Source: a virus
Lineage: Duplodnaviria; Caudoviricetes
Direction: 5' to 3' (one strand)
DNA: 60,251 nt
Virus record (IMG/VR): IMGVR_UViG_3300032257_000013
Coordinates: 1 to 60,251 of that record
In this document: positions 1 through 8,288 of the stretch, one piece after another
Layout of the letters: every line of letters starts with the position of its first letter
How positions within the stretch are numbered: the first letter of the stretch is position 1
Translations under genes and position numbers: made by a program
Notes under the pieces: model-generated
Databases searched by the model: none
The model's input: only the letters and a program-made list of their open reading frames with translations
What the model was told of the DNA's origin: nothing

Positions 1-127
1 TCAAGCCAGTCAGTGCCAACCTGCTTTGGTATTCTCACATCGACATCACGCTTTTCTCTAACAGCCAGCCTGTTTGCTAATGCGTATGCTGCCTTTTGTC
101 CTGCGTATGACATATCGTTGTCGCCGC
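1..127. repeat. Terminal direct repeat (127 bp), identical to 60125-60251; circular assembly overlap
   Basis: TCAAGCCAGTCAGTGCC...GTTGTCGCCGC occurs at both ends and the primase ORF reads through the junction. Confidence 0.95.
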
Positions 128-887
128 ATACCGTTACCCGCTTGACACTCTCGGGCAGCTTCAATGCTTCCATACCACCTGCGCTAATTGCTGCCCATAC
201 AGGCCGACTCGTTTTGCTGTGAACTGCTATAGCCGTTTCTATTCCCTCAGTCACATAGATGTGGTCGCCTTCCCCAAATAGTCGTATAGCACCACCAGTA
301 ATCGACCTGATAGGCGTCATTATTTTTTTCGGATGATCGACTGGCGCTTTCTTTGCGTTTTGCAGATAGGTGATGTGATAGGTCAGTGGGTTGTTATCGA
401 CATCAACCACCAAGCCAACCATGGCCGAATACCGTCCTTGCTTCTTCCCGTCTTCGTAGTAATCAAACGCCGGGATAGATTTCAGATCGTCAGGGATGAT
501 TGTTAGTCGGCGCGATATTAAATACTTGTATGCTTCGCTTTCGCCAATAGGCTTTAACATTTGGTAAATACGTCGCAGCATGAATTTCGGATCTTTTTTC
601 TGGACTGGCTTTGATTTATCGACAGTTCCGATAATGCTTTCGACTTCGGTTGCAGCTTCACGAAACGACCAGTTGTTATATTTCATCAACAACATCCATC
701 CATCGCCGGCACCACACCCATGGCAATAATACCCACCACGTCCGTTTTTATCGTCGAAGCGATAACGGTCTTTCCCTTCGCAGATCGGACAGGGACCATG
801 CTTGTTTTTCAAAAACTCATCAGGGATACCAAGCTGCCTTAATATTCCCGGCCACTTTCCTTCTGCTTGCTTTGCTATCTCGCTCAT
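1..887 (-). CDS. Zn-finger/TOPRIM primase, 301 aa (5' part; continues across the circular junction to a stop at 60106)
   Basis: Absent from the ORF track; translated by hand from ATG 887 (ATGA overlap with helicase stop): MSEIAKQAEGKWPGIL..HGPCPICEGKDRYRFDD..YYCHGCGAGDG..VTEGIETA..CGDND..DWLD. Confidence 0.9.
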   Translation of the reverse strand, partial: MSEIAKQAEGKWPGILRQLGIPDEFLKNKHGPCPICEGKDRYRFDDKNGRGGYYCHGCGAGDGWMLLMKYNNWSFREAATEVESIIGTVDKSKPVQKKDPKFMLRRIYQMLKPIGESEAYKYLISRRLTIIPDDLKSIPAFDYYEDGKKQGRYSAMVGLVVDVDNNPLTYHITYLQNAKKAPVDHPKKIMTPIRSITGGAIRLFGEGDHIYVTEGIETAIAVHSKTSRPVWAAISAGGMEALKLPESVKRVTVCGDNDMSYAGQKAAYALANRLAVREKRDVDVRIPKQVGTDWL

Positions 888-2383
888 GCGGCAGCCCTCA
901 GTGATGCGAGAAAGTTTTTAGCTAACATCTGCCATTGGTCTGCCTTTGGCATTTTCTCAAGACCTCGCGGCCATGTTCCAATTTGTTTTTTGTACATGTG
1001 AGCCGCAGCACCACATTTCAGCCCGCGATATTGAGCGGTATAAATGCAATCATTCCAGACGCGCTGTTTGTCGTTTTTATCAACCTTCTTTCGCTTAACT
1101 TCTTTCAAGTCTGCTTCGTAATATTCAATTTCCTCAGTTTTTTGTTTCATTTCATTGCCGCAAGCTGGGCAAGTTCTTCGGCCCTTAAAAACCGTTTTAC
1201 ATTTTTTACAGGTAATTTCTTTTGGTTCTTTGTTTTCTATTTTGCGGCTTTCAGTTCGGTCTTGGATGGTTGTCTTGTCATCCAGCGACCAGTCAGTAAT
1301 AAATTCTACCGGCCCCATTCCTGCGTCAATACTCATGCCGCCATGATCGATGATGAACGCGCAGTCTTTGCCCTCATACGGTCTTAATGCTCTTCCGACC
1401 GCCTGCATCCATTTCGCTACGGACTTTGTTGCAGTCGCCATTACCACGGTCTGTATGCGAGGAATGTCTACACCAAGCGATACAATCCCAACATTGCAGA
1501 TAACCTTCGTTCTTCCGCGTGTCACTCGCGAATATATTTCTGCGCGATCTTCGTCCGTAGTGTTTGCGTCCAGATATTCAGCTTTAACCCCGGCCCCGAT
1601 AAATCTTTCAACCAGGCTTGCTGCGTTTGCTCGCGTCGGTGTAAAAACTACCGTTGACGTGTCTTTGGCGATTCGCCACCAATTCGTTACCACATCACCC
1701 ATAATCACATTGTCAGCAAATGCGTCACCAAGTCCGTCCGCTTGGTATTCACCGCCCGTCATTTTCACATCGCTTAGATCAGGTTTTTCGGCGGCATAGT
1801 ATCGCGGCTGGACAAGATAGCCCTGATCGATCAGCTCAGACATTGTGACCGGAACAAGCAAGTCGTCGTACACAGCCCCAAGGCCACCACCGCCGTTTAC
1901 GCATGGACTTGCGGTAAGACCTATCACGATTTTTCTTTTGTCGTATTCACCGGCCAGCGCAGCCAGTAGAAATTCTTGTCGTTTTTTGCTTACCGACAAA
2001 TGCGCTTCATCGACGATCAAAATATCTGCCGCCTGCACTCCTAGCAACGCGTTCGTCATGTGATCTTTACCAAGACGGCTGATAATCGTGTCCATGCTTG
2101 CGACCTCAACCCTATGTCGCGGATCATGCTCGATACCGGCCATGATAATTCCTGACTCGATTCCAAGATCGTAAAACGCTTGCTCGGCTTGAAGTGTTAA
2201 TCCTCTGCGTGGCGTAATAAACAATACTCGCTTGCCTTTCTCGGTAGCGCTTTTGCAAATTGCAGCAGCAGTTCGTGTTTTTCCTGCCCCGGTAGACATC
2301 ACCAGCAGTGGCGCTATCTTCCCCTGGCCAATGGATTGACGTAGCATGCTGACGGCATTAGTTTGGAACTCCCTCAATTCCAT
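884..2383 (-). CDS. Superfamily 2 (DEAH) helicase with C-terminal Zn ribbon
   Basis: TGAGKT, DEAH, TAS and QAVGRALR motifs; CKKC..CPAC. Confidence 0.92.
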   Translation of the reverse strand: MELREFQTNAVSMLRQSIGQGKIAPLLVMSTGAGKTRTAAAICKSATEKGKRVLFITPRRGLTLQAEQAFYDLGIESGIIMAGIEHDPRHRVEVASMDTIISRLGKDHMTNALLGVQAADILIVDEAHLSVSKKRQEFLLAALAGEYDKRKIVIGLTASPCVNGGGGLGAVYDDLLVPVTMSELIDQGYLVQPRYYAAEKPDLSDVKMTGGEYQADGLGDAFADNVIMGDVVTNWWRIAKDTSTVVFTPTRANAASLVERFIGAGVKAEYLDANTTDEDRAEIYSRVTRGRTKVICNVGIVSLGVDIPRIQTVVMATATKSVAKWMQAVGRALRPYEGKDCAFIIDHGGMSIDAGMGPVEFITDWSLDDKTTIQDRTESRKIENKEPKEITCKKCKTVFKGRRTCPACGNEMKQKTEEIEYYEADLKEVKRKKVDKNDKQRVWNDCIYTAQYRGLKCGAAAHMYKKQIGTWPRGLEKMPKADQWQMLAKNFLASLRAAA

Positions 2384-2949
2384 GATCCACCCCCTACTTC
2401 ACTAGTAGTTAAATTTATTATTTCACTCGACTGGTTAGGTGGTTTTTTACTGTCATTGTCACTGTCACTGTCACTGTCTTTGTTTGGGGTAACAAGAGCC
2501 AAAGGTTTACCGTAACCTTTACCCCAACGTTTCACGTATTCGTTAAGTGATTGTAAAAACTCAACTTTTAGGTTTGAGTTAGGAATGAAGTCGAGCGACT
2601 TTAACCATGAAGTTAGAACATTAGGATTTGCCGGTTTATTCCACTTCAGATACCTTGGGAAGTACACTACATGGAACCTTTCGTCATACTTCACGAAACC
2701 ATTATGCAAACATTCCCCTAAACCTTTAGCGTAACGTTCCGTTCCCCATCTTTTGTCAGCCGCCAATGCCTCGATTGAGGCTTTATAAATACCCAGCGCA
2801 TTAGTTCTTTCGTTGGTATGAAGATGAAAAAAAACAAGCTGCGCATCATCAGAGCAAAATGGAAATTTATCATCCGACCAGATAAGCGTATAAATCGCTC
2901 GAAAGGGTTTTTTTGATTCTTCAATCATTCGCGCTACCCTTGCTAGCAT
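2374..2949 (-). CDS. Putative phage replication initiator protein
   Basis: IWSDDKF-type N-terminus, low-complexity DSDSDSDND linker, internal 12-bp periodic repeats, position directly upstream of helicase and primase. Confidence 0.6.
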   Translation of the reverse strand: MLARVARMIEESKKPFRAIYTLIWSDDKFPFCSDDAQLVFFHLHTNERTNALGIYKASIEALAADKRWGTERYAKGLGECLHNGFVKYDERFHVVYFPRYLKWNKPANPNVLTSWLKSLDFIPNSNLKVEFLQSLNEYVKRWGKGYGKPLALVTPNKDSDSDSDNDSKKPPNQSSEIINLTTSEVGGGSWN

Positions 2950-3031
2950 CCTTCAACGGCACGCTATTGGTTTCTTTTATTTTAATTTCATAAATTTTCA
3001 TGTTATGCTTCCCCTCGTTATTGTTGTATTC

Positions 3032-3068
3032 AAAAGCCCGTCATGACTTGCCAGTCGCGGGCTTTTTT
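3032..3068. terminator. Intrinsic terminator, probably bidirectional
   Basis: AAAAGCCCG...CGGGCTTTTTT inverted repeat with A and T tails. Confidence 0.65.
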
Positions 3069-3264
3069 ATTGCAAAAATTCTCTCTCGAACTCCATAAAC
3101 CGCTGATGATCCTCCAAGCTATCCTGAGCCGCTCTAAGCTCAGATAAACGTATCTGCGCCTTGTTCCTTACTGGCGCTTCGTGTGACGTTAGGTCGCTCT
3201 CTGCTTGGCGGATTAGGGCTTTTAGGCTGCTTGTGGGTTCACACATGATCTGCAATCTCAGCAA
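3067..3264 (-). CDS. Hypothetical protein
   Basis: ORF in operon orientation, overlapping its upstream neighbour. Confidence 0.5.
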   Translation of the reverse strand: MLRLQIMCEPTSSLKALIRQAESDLTSHEAPVRNKAQIRLSELRAAQDSLEDHQRFMEFEREFLQ

Positions 3265-3427
3265 TGGTTATCCCACTTGCAAGATGCTTTCCTGAGATAT
3301 CACCTGGAAAATCCCCGTGACAATCGATGACAAGACCTTCCTCAAAACACCAGGTCACACATTGCTCTTTGGTCGGGAACGTCTTTATAACCCCGTCATA
3401 GCTTGATACGGCGAATTTGTCAGTCAT
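3239..3427 (-). CDS. Hypothetical protein
   Basis: ATGA overlap with the upstream MTase stop. Confidence 0.55.
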   Translation of the reverse strand: MTDKFAVSSYDGVIKTFPTKEQCVTWCFEEGLVIDCHGDFPGDISGKHLASGITIAEIADHV

Positions 3428-4024
3428 GGATTCGCCTCGAAAAATGCTTGAGAGAATCCTGGTGGTGTTGCACTTCTCAATTCTTTTGTGCGCTCTGATT
3501 TACCGCCGTATTTTTTCCACATCTTTGACCCTTCAACCGGCTCAACTTCATTGCGTGGCAAGTCTGTATTAAACTCACCCCATAATTGAGTCAGCTTTGT
3601 GTAAGGATCGCCGTAGTGCCATGGATGAAACCGCATTGCTGGATTCCCTAGCCATTTGTTTAGCTTTCCAACAGGGTTTTCAATTACCCACCATTTCAGC
3701 GTGTCCCTGAAAACGTAAGCCAGCCTCAAGCAAGCATCTACTAATGCTAATGCCTCACGTAACTCATCATCTGTGCGCGGGTGTTTTGCTCCGGCGTTAC
3801 TTAATACAGTGCAGACAGGCGCAGCCATAATGCCGTGGATATCACCATGCTCTCTGATATCAAGTAGTTGGCTTGACAGCCTTGGCGCATTACTTATTGG
3901 CGACGGATAAAGAAGCACATCCCCCCCCCCGTTTTAAATCAACCTGGATGACGTTATAGCCAGCATCGCGATATGGCTTAGACCATGCGCCTGTGTAGTC
4001 GCAGAGCGAAAGAATCGTTTTCAC
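3424..4024 (-). pseudogene. C5-cytosine methyltransferase-like gene, frameshifted at a G10 tract (3921-3930)
   Basis: GTG 4024 gives MKTILSLCDYTGAWSKPYRDAGYNVIQVDLKRGG (motif I-like); the other frame gives AAPVCTVLSNAG (motif IV) and ENPVG (motif VI); span is 601 nt = 3n+1. Confidence 0.8.
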
Positions 4025-4236
4025 ATCTTCCTCCAACACTGAACCTTCACGACCTCATCCTTCACCTCGATACACTCACATACAGGCCAAATCTGCTTGT
4101 CCTCTAGCATTAAAGGGCAAGACTGATATACGTGAGTCGTGATGGTTTCAGATGGGGTAATAGGTTGCTGCCAGGCCACGATAATAAATATCGCGCCGGC
4201 TAAAATCATAATGAGCATTACTGAGCGATCAATCAC
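4021..4236 (-). CDS. Small membrane-anchored hypothetical protein
   Basis: N-terminal hydrophobic segment; coupled to neighbours. Confidence 0.55.
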   Translation of the reverse strand: MIDRSVMLIMILAGAIFIIVAWQQPITPSETITTHVYQSCPLMLEDKQIWPVCECIEVKDEVVKVQCWRKM

Positions 4237-4658
4237 TATTTTCCACTAACCGACTTCAAATCACGCCCTACCCTGATCTGCGCTTGCTCCATTTTCTCTG
4301 TCAGCGTCCGCATGGTTTCAACGGCACCGATATACTCGCGCTGCAGTTCGGCCATTTCATCTATTGGCTCAATTGGTTCCGGCGAGCGATAACCAGATAT
4401 TTCACAGATATAATTAATTGCAGAATGGCACCCTGATTTTCGTGCTTCTTTTAAAATAAACAGGGTTTGTTCGGGATCAAGCTTTTCGGAACGGTTTTTA
4501 TCTAGGCAGTTATTAAGTAACTTCCCTGCATCATCAGGCATTTTTGCAGGCCATAACATAGAACCAATTGTTTTTGCCCAAGCCTTGCCACCAATGGAAC
4601 GGCAGCAATCTCTATATGCCTCATAAATATCTTCAAACGGGGATTCTTGTGTATTCAC
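4236..4658 (-). CDS. CII-like phage regulatory protein
   Basis: Directly downstream of cro; GG-K..G.MLWP...LNNCLD..R.EKL pattern typical of CII-position proteins. Confidence 0.6.
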   Translation of the reverse strand: MNTQESPFEDIYEAYRDCCRSIGGKAWAKTIGSMLWPAKMPDDAGKLLNNCLDKNRSEKLDPEQTLFILKEARKSGCHSAINYICEISGYRSPEPIEPIDEMAELQREYIGAVETMRTLTEKMEQAQIRVGRDLKSVSGK

Positions 4659-4724
4659 GTCCCTTTCCTTCTCGTTACTACTAAGTAGTAATGCGTAGTA
4701 AAGCCAAATTAGGTTTAAATTTTT

Positions 4725-4949
4725 TTAGGCGGCTTCTTCATCTGGATACAAATCATCTATTGACGATGGCTTGTCACCGTAAGACAGCTCAAGCTTGTTA
4801 AATTTTTTAGTAACGGCAATTTCGGGACGCCTTGACCAGCCTTCATATTGAGAAACTGCCGATTGACCAACCTCAAGCATCTTTCCCAGCTGCCCCTGGG
4901 TTAACTGATGCTTATCTCTAAATATGCTCATTGGGTGTTTTTTATCCAT
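4725..4949 (-). CDS. cro: Cro-like HTH regulator
   Basis: LTQGQLGKMLEVGQSAVSQYE HTH, divergent from cI; start moved to ATG 4949 because the predicted PR -10 lies at 4957-4962. Confidence 0.8.
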   Translation of the reverse strand: MDKKHPMSIFRDKHQLTQGQLGKMLEVGQSAVSQYEGWSRRPEIAVTKKFNKLELSYGDKPSSIDDLYPDEEAA

Positions 4950-4956
4950 AGCCGTG

Positions 4957-4999
4957 ATTTTAATCACGTTTCGTGATGCCTGTCAACACGTTTCGTTGT
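4957..4999 (-). promoter_or_regulatory. PR promoter with OR operators
   Basis: TTGACA (4981-4986) N18 TAAAAT (4957-4962) on minus strand; palindrome ATCACGTTTCGTGAT 4963-4977 and related AACACGTTTCGTTGT 4985-4999. Confidence 0.7.
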
Positions 5000-5034
5000 T
5001 AGCTGTTAATAACACGCTGTGATAAATATTATGT

Positions 5035-5772
5035 TTGGAGGATGTTATGAGTGTTGGTGAAAGAATAAAAAAAGCTAGAAAGTATTTTGGAAAATTTACG
5101 GGACAAGAAATATCCCAAATGAAATTAGCTGAATACTGTGGTTGGCCAGGAGCGCAAACCAGAATTTCCAACTATGAAAACGGAACCCGCGACCCATCCC
5201 CTAATGATCTTATTCTAATAGCTAGAGCAACAGGATCACGCGTTGAATGGTTACAATTTGGGTCAGGGGAAATGGAAGCTAATAAATCTTCTGACACGAG
5301 CAACGTCACTAACATTACTGACAAACTGCTTCAGTCGCCAAACGACGACCTGTTTATTCCAATATCAGATGCCACCGCATCAATGGGGAATGGGAACGCC
5401 GTTCTATCTCATGAAATCGTCATAGGCCATCTTAAAGTGTCACGCCAATGGATTAGAAACACCCTGTCAATAAGTAAGCCTGACAATCTGGCGGTTATCA
5501 CTGCCTTCGGTGACTCAATGGCCCCAACTTTCTCTGATGGCGACACGCTGCTCATTGATCGCGGCGTTAATGAAATGAAGGTTGACGCAGTTTATGTCAT
5601 AGCCATGAATGACGAGTTATTTGTAAAGCGCGTACAGCGGCGCATGGATGGCGCGTTAGTGATTAAGAGCGATAACCCACTCTATGACCCTTATGTCGTC
5701 GAAAATGGTGACAAGAATGAATTAGAAGTTTTGGGGCGTGTTGCTTGGGTATGGAATGGGAAAAAATTATGA
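5035..5772 (+). CDS. cI: CI-like repressor (HTH plus S24 autopeptidase)
   Basis: RISNYENGTRDP HTH; GDSMAP serine and FVKR lysine of S24; likely start ATG 5047. Confidence 0.93.
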   Translation: MEDVMSVGERIKKARKYFGKFTGQEISQMKLAEYCGWPGAQTRISNYENGTRDPSPNDLILIARATGSRVEWLQFGSGEMEANKSSDTSNVTNITDKLLQSPNDDLFIPISDATASMGNGNAVLSHEIVIGHLKVSRQWIRNTLSISKPDNLAVITAFGDSMAPTFSDGDTLLIDRGVNEMKVDAVYVIAMNDELFVKRVQRRMDGALVIKSDNPLYDPYVVENGDKNELEVLGRVAWVWNGKKL

Positions 5773-6044
5773 CTTCAATCAAAAAAAGAATTGTTGTTGG
5801 CGCTGCATTTATGCTCTTTAGCATAACGGTATTTTCTGAAAACAAATTACCTTCCATAGATTCTGATTCTTTAGAGTGGCAGGTTATAAAAGAAGAAAAT
5901 AAACCAGTGATAATATCGACGATATCAAAAAAATACCCAAAAGCACATTGGGAATGTCTACTTAAACATCTACCCAATACCAGCAGTGATATTGCTGCCC
6001 GAGGAATAATTAAGGCATGTAGAGAGCTATATCCAGCAAGATAA
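5769..6044 (+). CDS. Exported small protein co-transcribed with cI (candidate superinfection exclusion or moron)
   Basis: ATGA overlap with cI stop; MTSIKKRIVVGAAFMLFSITVFS signal peptide; two Cys. Confidence 0.6.
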   Translation: MTSIKKRIVVGAAFMLFSITVFSENKLPSIDSDSLEWQVIKEENKPVIISTISKKYPKAHWECLLKHLPNTSSDIAARGIIKACRELYPAR

Positions 6045-6078
6045 ATAGCATTCATTGCTTTAATATTCACACTTCCAT

Positions 6079-6101
6079 ACCCCGCTTCCTGCGGGGTTTT
6101 T
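6079..6101 (+). terminator. Intrinsic terminator of the cI operon
   Basis: ACCCCGC-TTCCT-GCGGGGT followed by T tract. Confidence 0.8.
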
Positions 6102-6153
6102 ATTGCCTCACATCTAACAAGACAAAAATAGTTTAGCTATTACCTAGTCAATT

Positions 6154-6195
6154 ATCACATTACGTGTTGACTTTGATATCACAGTTCGTTATATT
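6154..6195 (+). promoter_or_regulatory. PL promoter with OL operators
   Basis: TTGACT (6167-6172) N17 TATATT (6190-6195); operators ATCACATTACGTGTT (6154-6168) and ATCACAGTTCGTTAT (6178-6192) match the OR consensus ATCAC-N5-GTGAT. Confidence 0.75.
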
Positions 6196-6352
6196 CCCCC
6201 CATCGACACTCACAAGCATCCGACCTTCCGAGCTAGGCCAATGGAACCGGATAACGAATTGACCCATTCGGCGATGTGAAGCCAAAGATTACGCCACAAG
6301 GCGGTTTGCGGCAGGTTGATAACGGTAAAAACACAGATTATTGGAGGAAACA

Positions 6353-6697
6353 ATGTCAACAAATGTAAATGAGTTTATTGGCGAGCTTGATGCCGGCGTA
6401 TTCGAGGAAAAGTTAAGCAGAGCAATCTCGGACGTTGCCGCAGGAATCGTAACGCAGGGCAAGCCCGGCAAGGTAACAGTTACGCTTGATATGAAGCAAA
6501 TCGGCACCAGCCATCAGGTCGCCATCGACAGCAAGCTGGTCTATGTGAAACCAACAGCAAAGGGCAAGGTGAGTGAAGAAAACACCACGCAAACGCCTAT
6601 GTATGTCGGTATAGGAGGGAAAGTAACACTGTTTCCTGAAGATCAAACGCAAATGTTCGACAAGCGCGGACACGTCAACGATAAGGAGCACGCTTAA
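6353..6697 (+). CDS. YfdP-like prophage protein
   Basis: FIGELDAGVFEEKL..GKVTVTL..TQTPMYVG..L.PE.Q; precedes DUF2303; GGAGG RBS. Confidence 0.75.
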   Translation: MSTNVNEFIGELDAGVFEEKLSRAISDVAAGIVTQGKPGKVTVTLDMKQIGTSHQVAIDSKLVYVKPTAKGKVSEENTTQTPMYVGIGGKVTLFPEDQTQMFDKRGHVNDKEHA

Positions 6698-6699
6698 TC

Positions 6700-7500
6700 A
6701 TGGATCGTTCAGCAATCGAAAGAATTGAAGAGCTGGGAAACGCAGCCAGTAAGCTACCGGAAACAAATACGCCTATTACTGTTGTTCCTGACAACTCAAC
6801 AATAAAGAGTCTTGAAGACTACCAGCCTGGGCGTTCACGCTTTCGTGGAAAAATGAGCACGGAATCAATTGAAGACTTCGCTAGCTATACCAAGCAGTAC
6901 AGCCAAGCCAGCTGCTTCATTAATCAAAGCAAAATGATAGCAGTTTCTGTATTTAATCTTGGTACAGAAGACAGGCCAGGCCATGCCGACAACAAGGCAA
7001 TTCTATCCCTTGAAACAACGGCTGCATACGAAGCTGTCAAAGCAATAACAAATCAGCGTCTTTCCCAAAAGGATCTAGCTGAATGGCTTGAAGACTGGCG
7101 CATGAATCTTGAGGCAATCGACCAGGACAGCAGCGATCTTGATATTAAAAAATCAATTAACGCCATCAGAAATATAACGATTGAATCGAGTCGCAAAGAA
7201 GAACATTCAGATCACGACTTTAAAGCTGGCCGTAGCGCTATGGAAGAAATTGAAGCCAGCAGCAAGGAGAACATCCCTTCAAGTTTTTGTTTTACCTGCA
7301 TGCCTTACGTCGGCCTAAGTGACCGTCAATTTTATTTAAGGCTCAGCTTGATAACAGGCGGAGAAAAGCCGGTATTTATCCTGCGCATCATAAAGCACGA
7401 TGAAATTAAAGAGGAAATGACAAAAGAATTTAAGTCAATTCTTGATGATTCGCTTAAGGATGATGACATAAAAATATTTATTGGTAGTTTTTCTGCTTAA
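6700..7500 (+). CDS. YfdQ/DUF2303 family protein
   Basis: RSRFRG..ST..I.DF, VFNLGT..PGHADN, QK.LAEWLEDW motifs. Confidence 0.85.
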   Translation: MDRSAIERIEELGNAASKLPETNTPITVVPDNSTIKSLEDYQPGRSRFRGKMSTESIEDFASYTKQYSQASCFINQSKMIAVSVFNLGTEDRPGHADNKAILSLETTAAYEAVKAITNQRLSQKDLAEWLEDWRMNLEAIDQDSSDLDIKKSINAIRNITIESSRKEEHSDHDFKAGRSAMEEIEASSKENIPSSFCFTCMPYVGLSDRQFYLRLSLITGGEKPVFILRIIKHDEIKEEMTKEFKSILDDSLKDDDIKIFIGSFSA

Positions 7501-7502
7501 CG

Positions 7503-7653
7503 GTTACGGGCGAGCTGTGCTGCGGCGTGGAAACATGCCTCCCTAAGAGAATCGTTCGACTGCTAAACATAACCGGCGTGGCAACCGGAAGCCCACAGAT
7601 GGCGATCAGATTTGAAGGAAGAAGGTTGTTCAGCACAGTAAGCCCGCCATAAC
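7503..7653 (+). ncRNA. Candidate structured non-coding RNA of unknown class
   Basis: Closing helix CGGGC/CTGTGCTG (7507-7522) pairs with CAGCACAG/GCCCG (7631-7646); internal GGCGTG-GAAA-CATGCC and CCGG-N8-CCGG hairpins. Confidence 0.5.
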
Positions 7654-7664
7654 AGGAGGCAGCA

Positions 7665-7886
7665 ATGGGACAAGTAATACAAGCAGCAGACCGTTTTAAG
7701 CAGAAAAATAGAACGTTTTATGATTGCTCAAAGTTCATTACATGGGATGAATATCGTGGCAGCAAAAAGACAGCTTTAACAACGACTGCTTCCGACGAAC
7801 TGAATCAGGCAATTATTGATATTGCTAGAGCGCCTATCGAAGAATTTTTAGTAAACCCTGATGAGCCGCCACCTGAAGTGGCATAG
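7665..7886 (+). CDS. Hypothetical protein
   Basis: Strong AGGAGG RBS. Confidence 0.6.
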   Translation: MGQVIQAADRFKQKNRTFYDCSKFITWDEYRGSKKTALTTTASDELNQAIIDIARAPIEEFLVNPDEPPPEVA

Positions 7887-7896
7887 GAGAAACATT

Positions 7897-8043
7897 ATGA
7901 AATTCAATCCTAAAAAATACAAACCATCTAGCGAAAAAAATCGCGTGTTTTGGGAGAACTATCGCAATTCAGTTCGCGAAGTTAGATTTTTAAACAAGAT
8001 CAATAAAGGGCTTCCAAACTTTAAACAGGCCGCTCAGTCATGA
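7897..8043 (+). CDS. Small basic hypothetical protein
   Basis: AGGAG RBS before ATG 7897; ATGA coupling to next gene. Confidence 0.5.
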   Translation: MKFNPKKYKPSSEKNRVFWENYRNSVREVRFLNKINKGLPNFKQAAQS

Positions 8044-8288
8044 GCATGTGCGCTGAAGAATTTGAAATAGCGGATCGTCATGTAGCGTTTGAAGAAGCTG
8101 TCAAAAAGCCATTGTCCGAGGGCGATTACATTGAGGCAATGACAGAGATAATCGCAACAGGTAAAAACGCGCAACTATGCGCAGACGCTATAAACAAAGG
8201 GGATTCTGCAAGTTTAGGCAGAGTTATCGAATCACTGGTACAGGCACAGCACGTTAGAAGCCTGAAAGAAGCGTATGGAGTGGAGTGA
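8040..8288 (+). CDS. Hypothetical protein
   Basis: Coupled ORF upstream of bet. Confidence 0.55.
   Translation: MSMCAEEFEIADRHVAFEEAVKKPLSEGDYIEAMTEIIATGKNAQLCADAINKGDSASLGRVIESLVQAQHVRSLKEAYGVE

Noticed and set aside
2451-2478. (CACTGT)n microsatellite as a phase-variation tract
   Set aside because: A 6-bp unit keeps the frame; it encodes the usual DSDS linker of initiator proteins.
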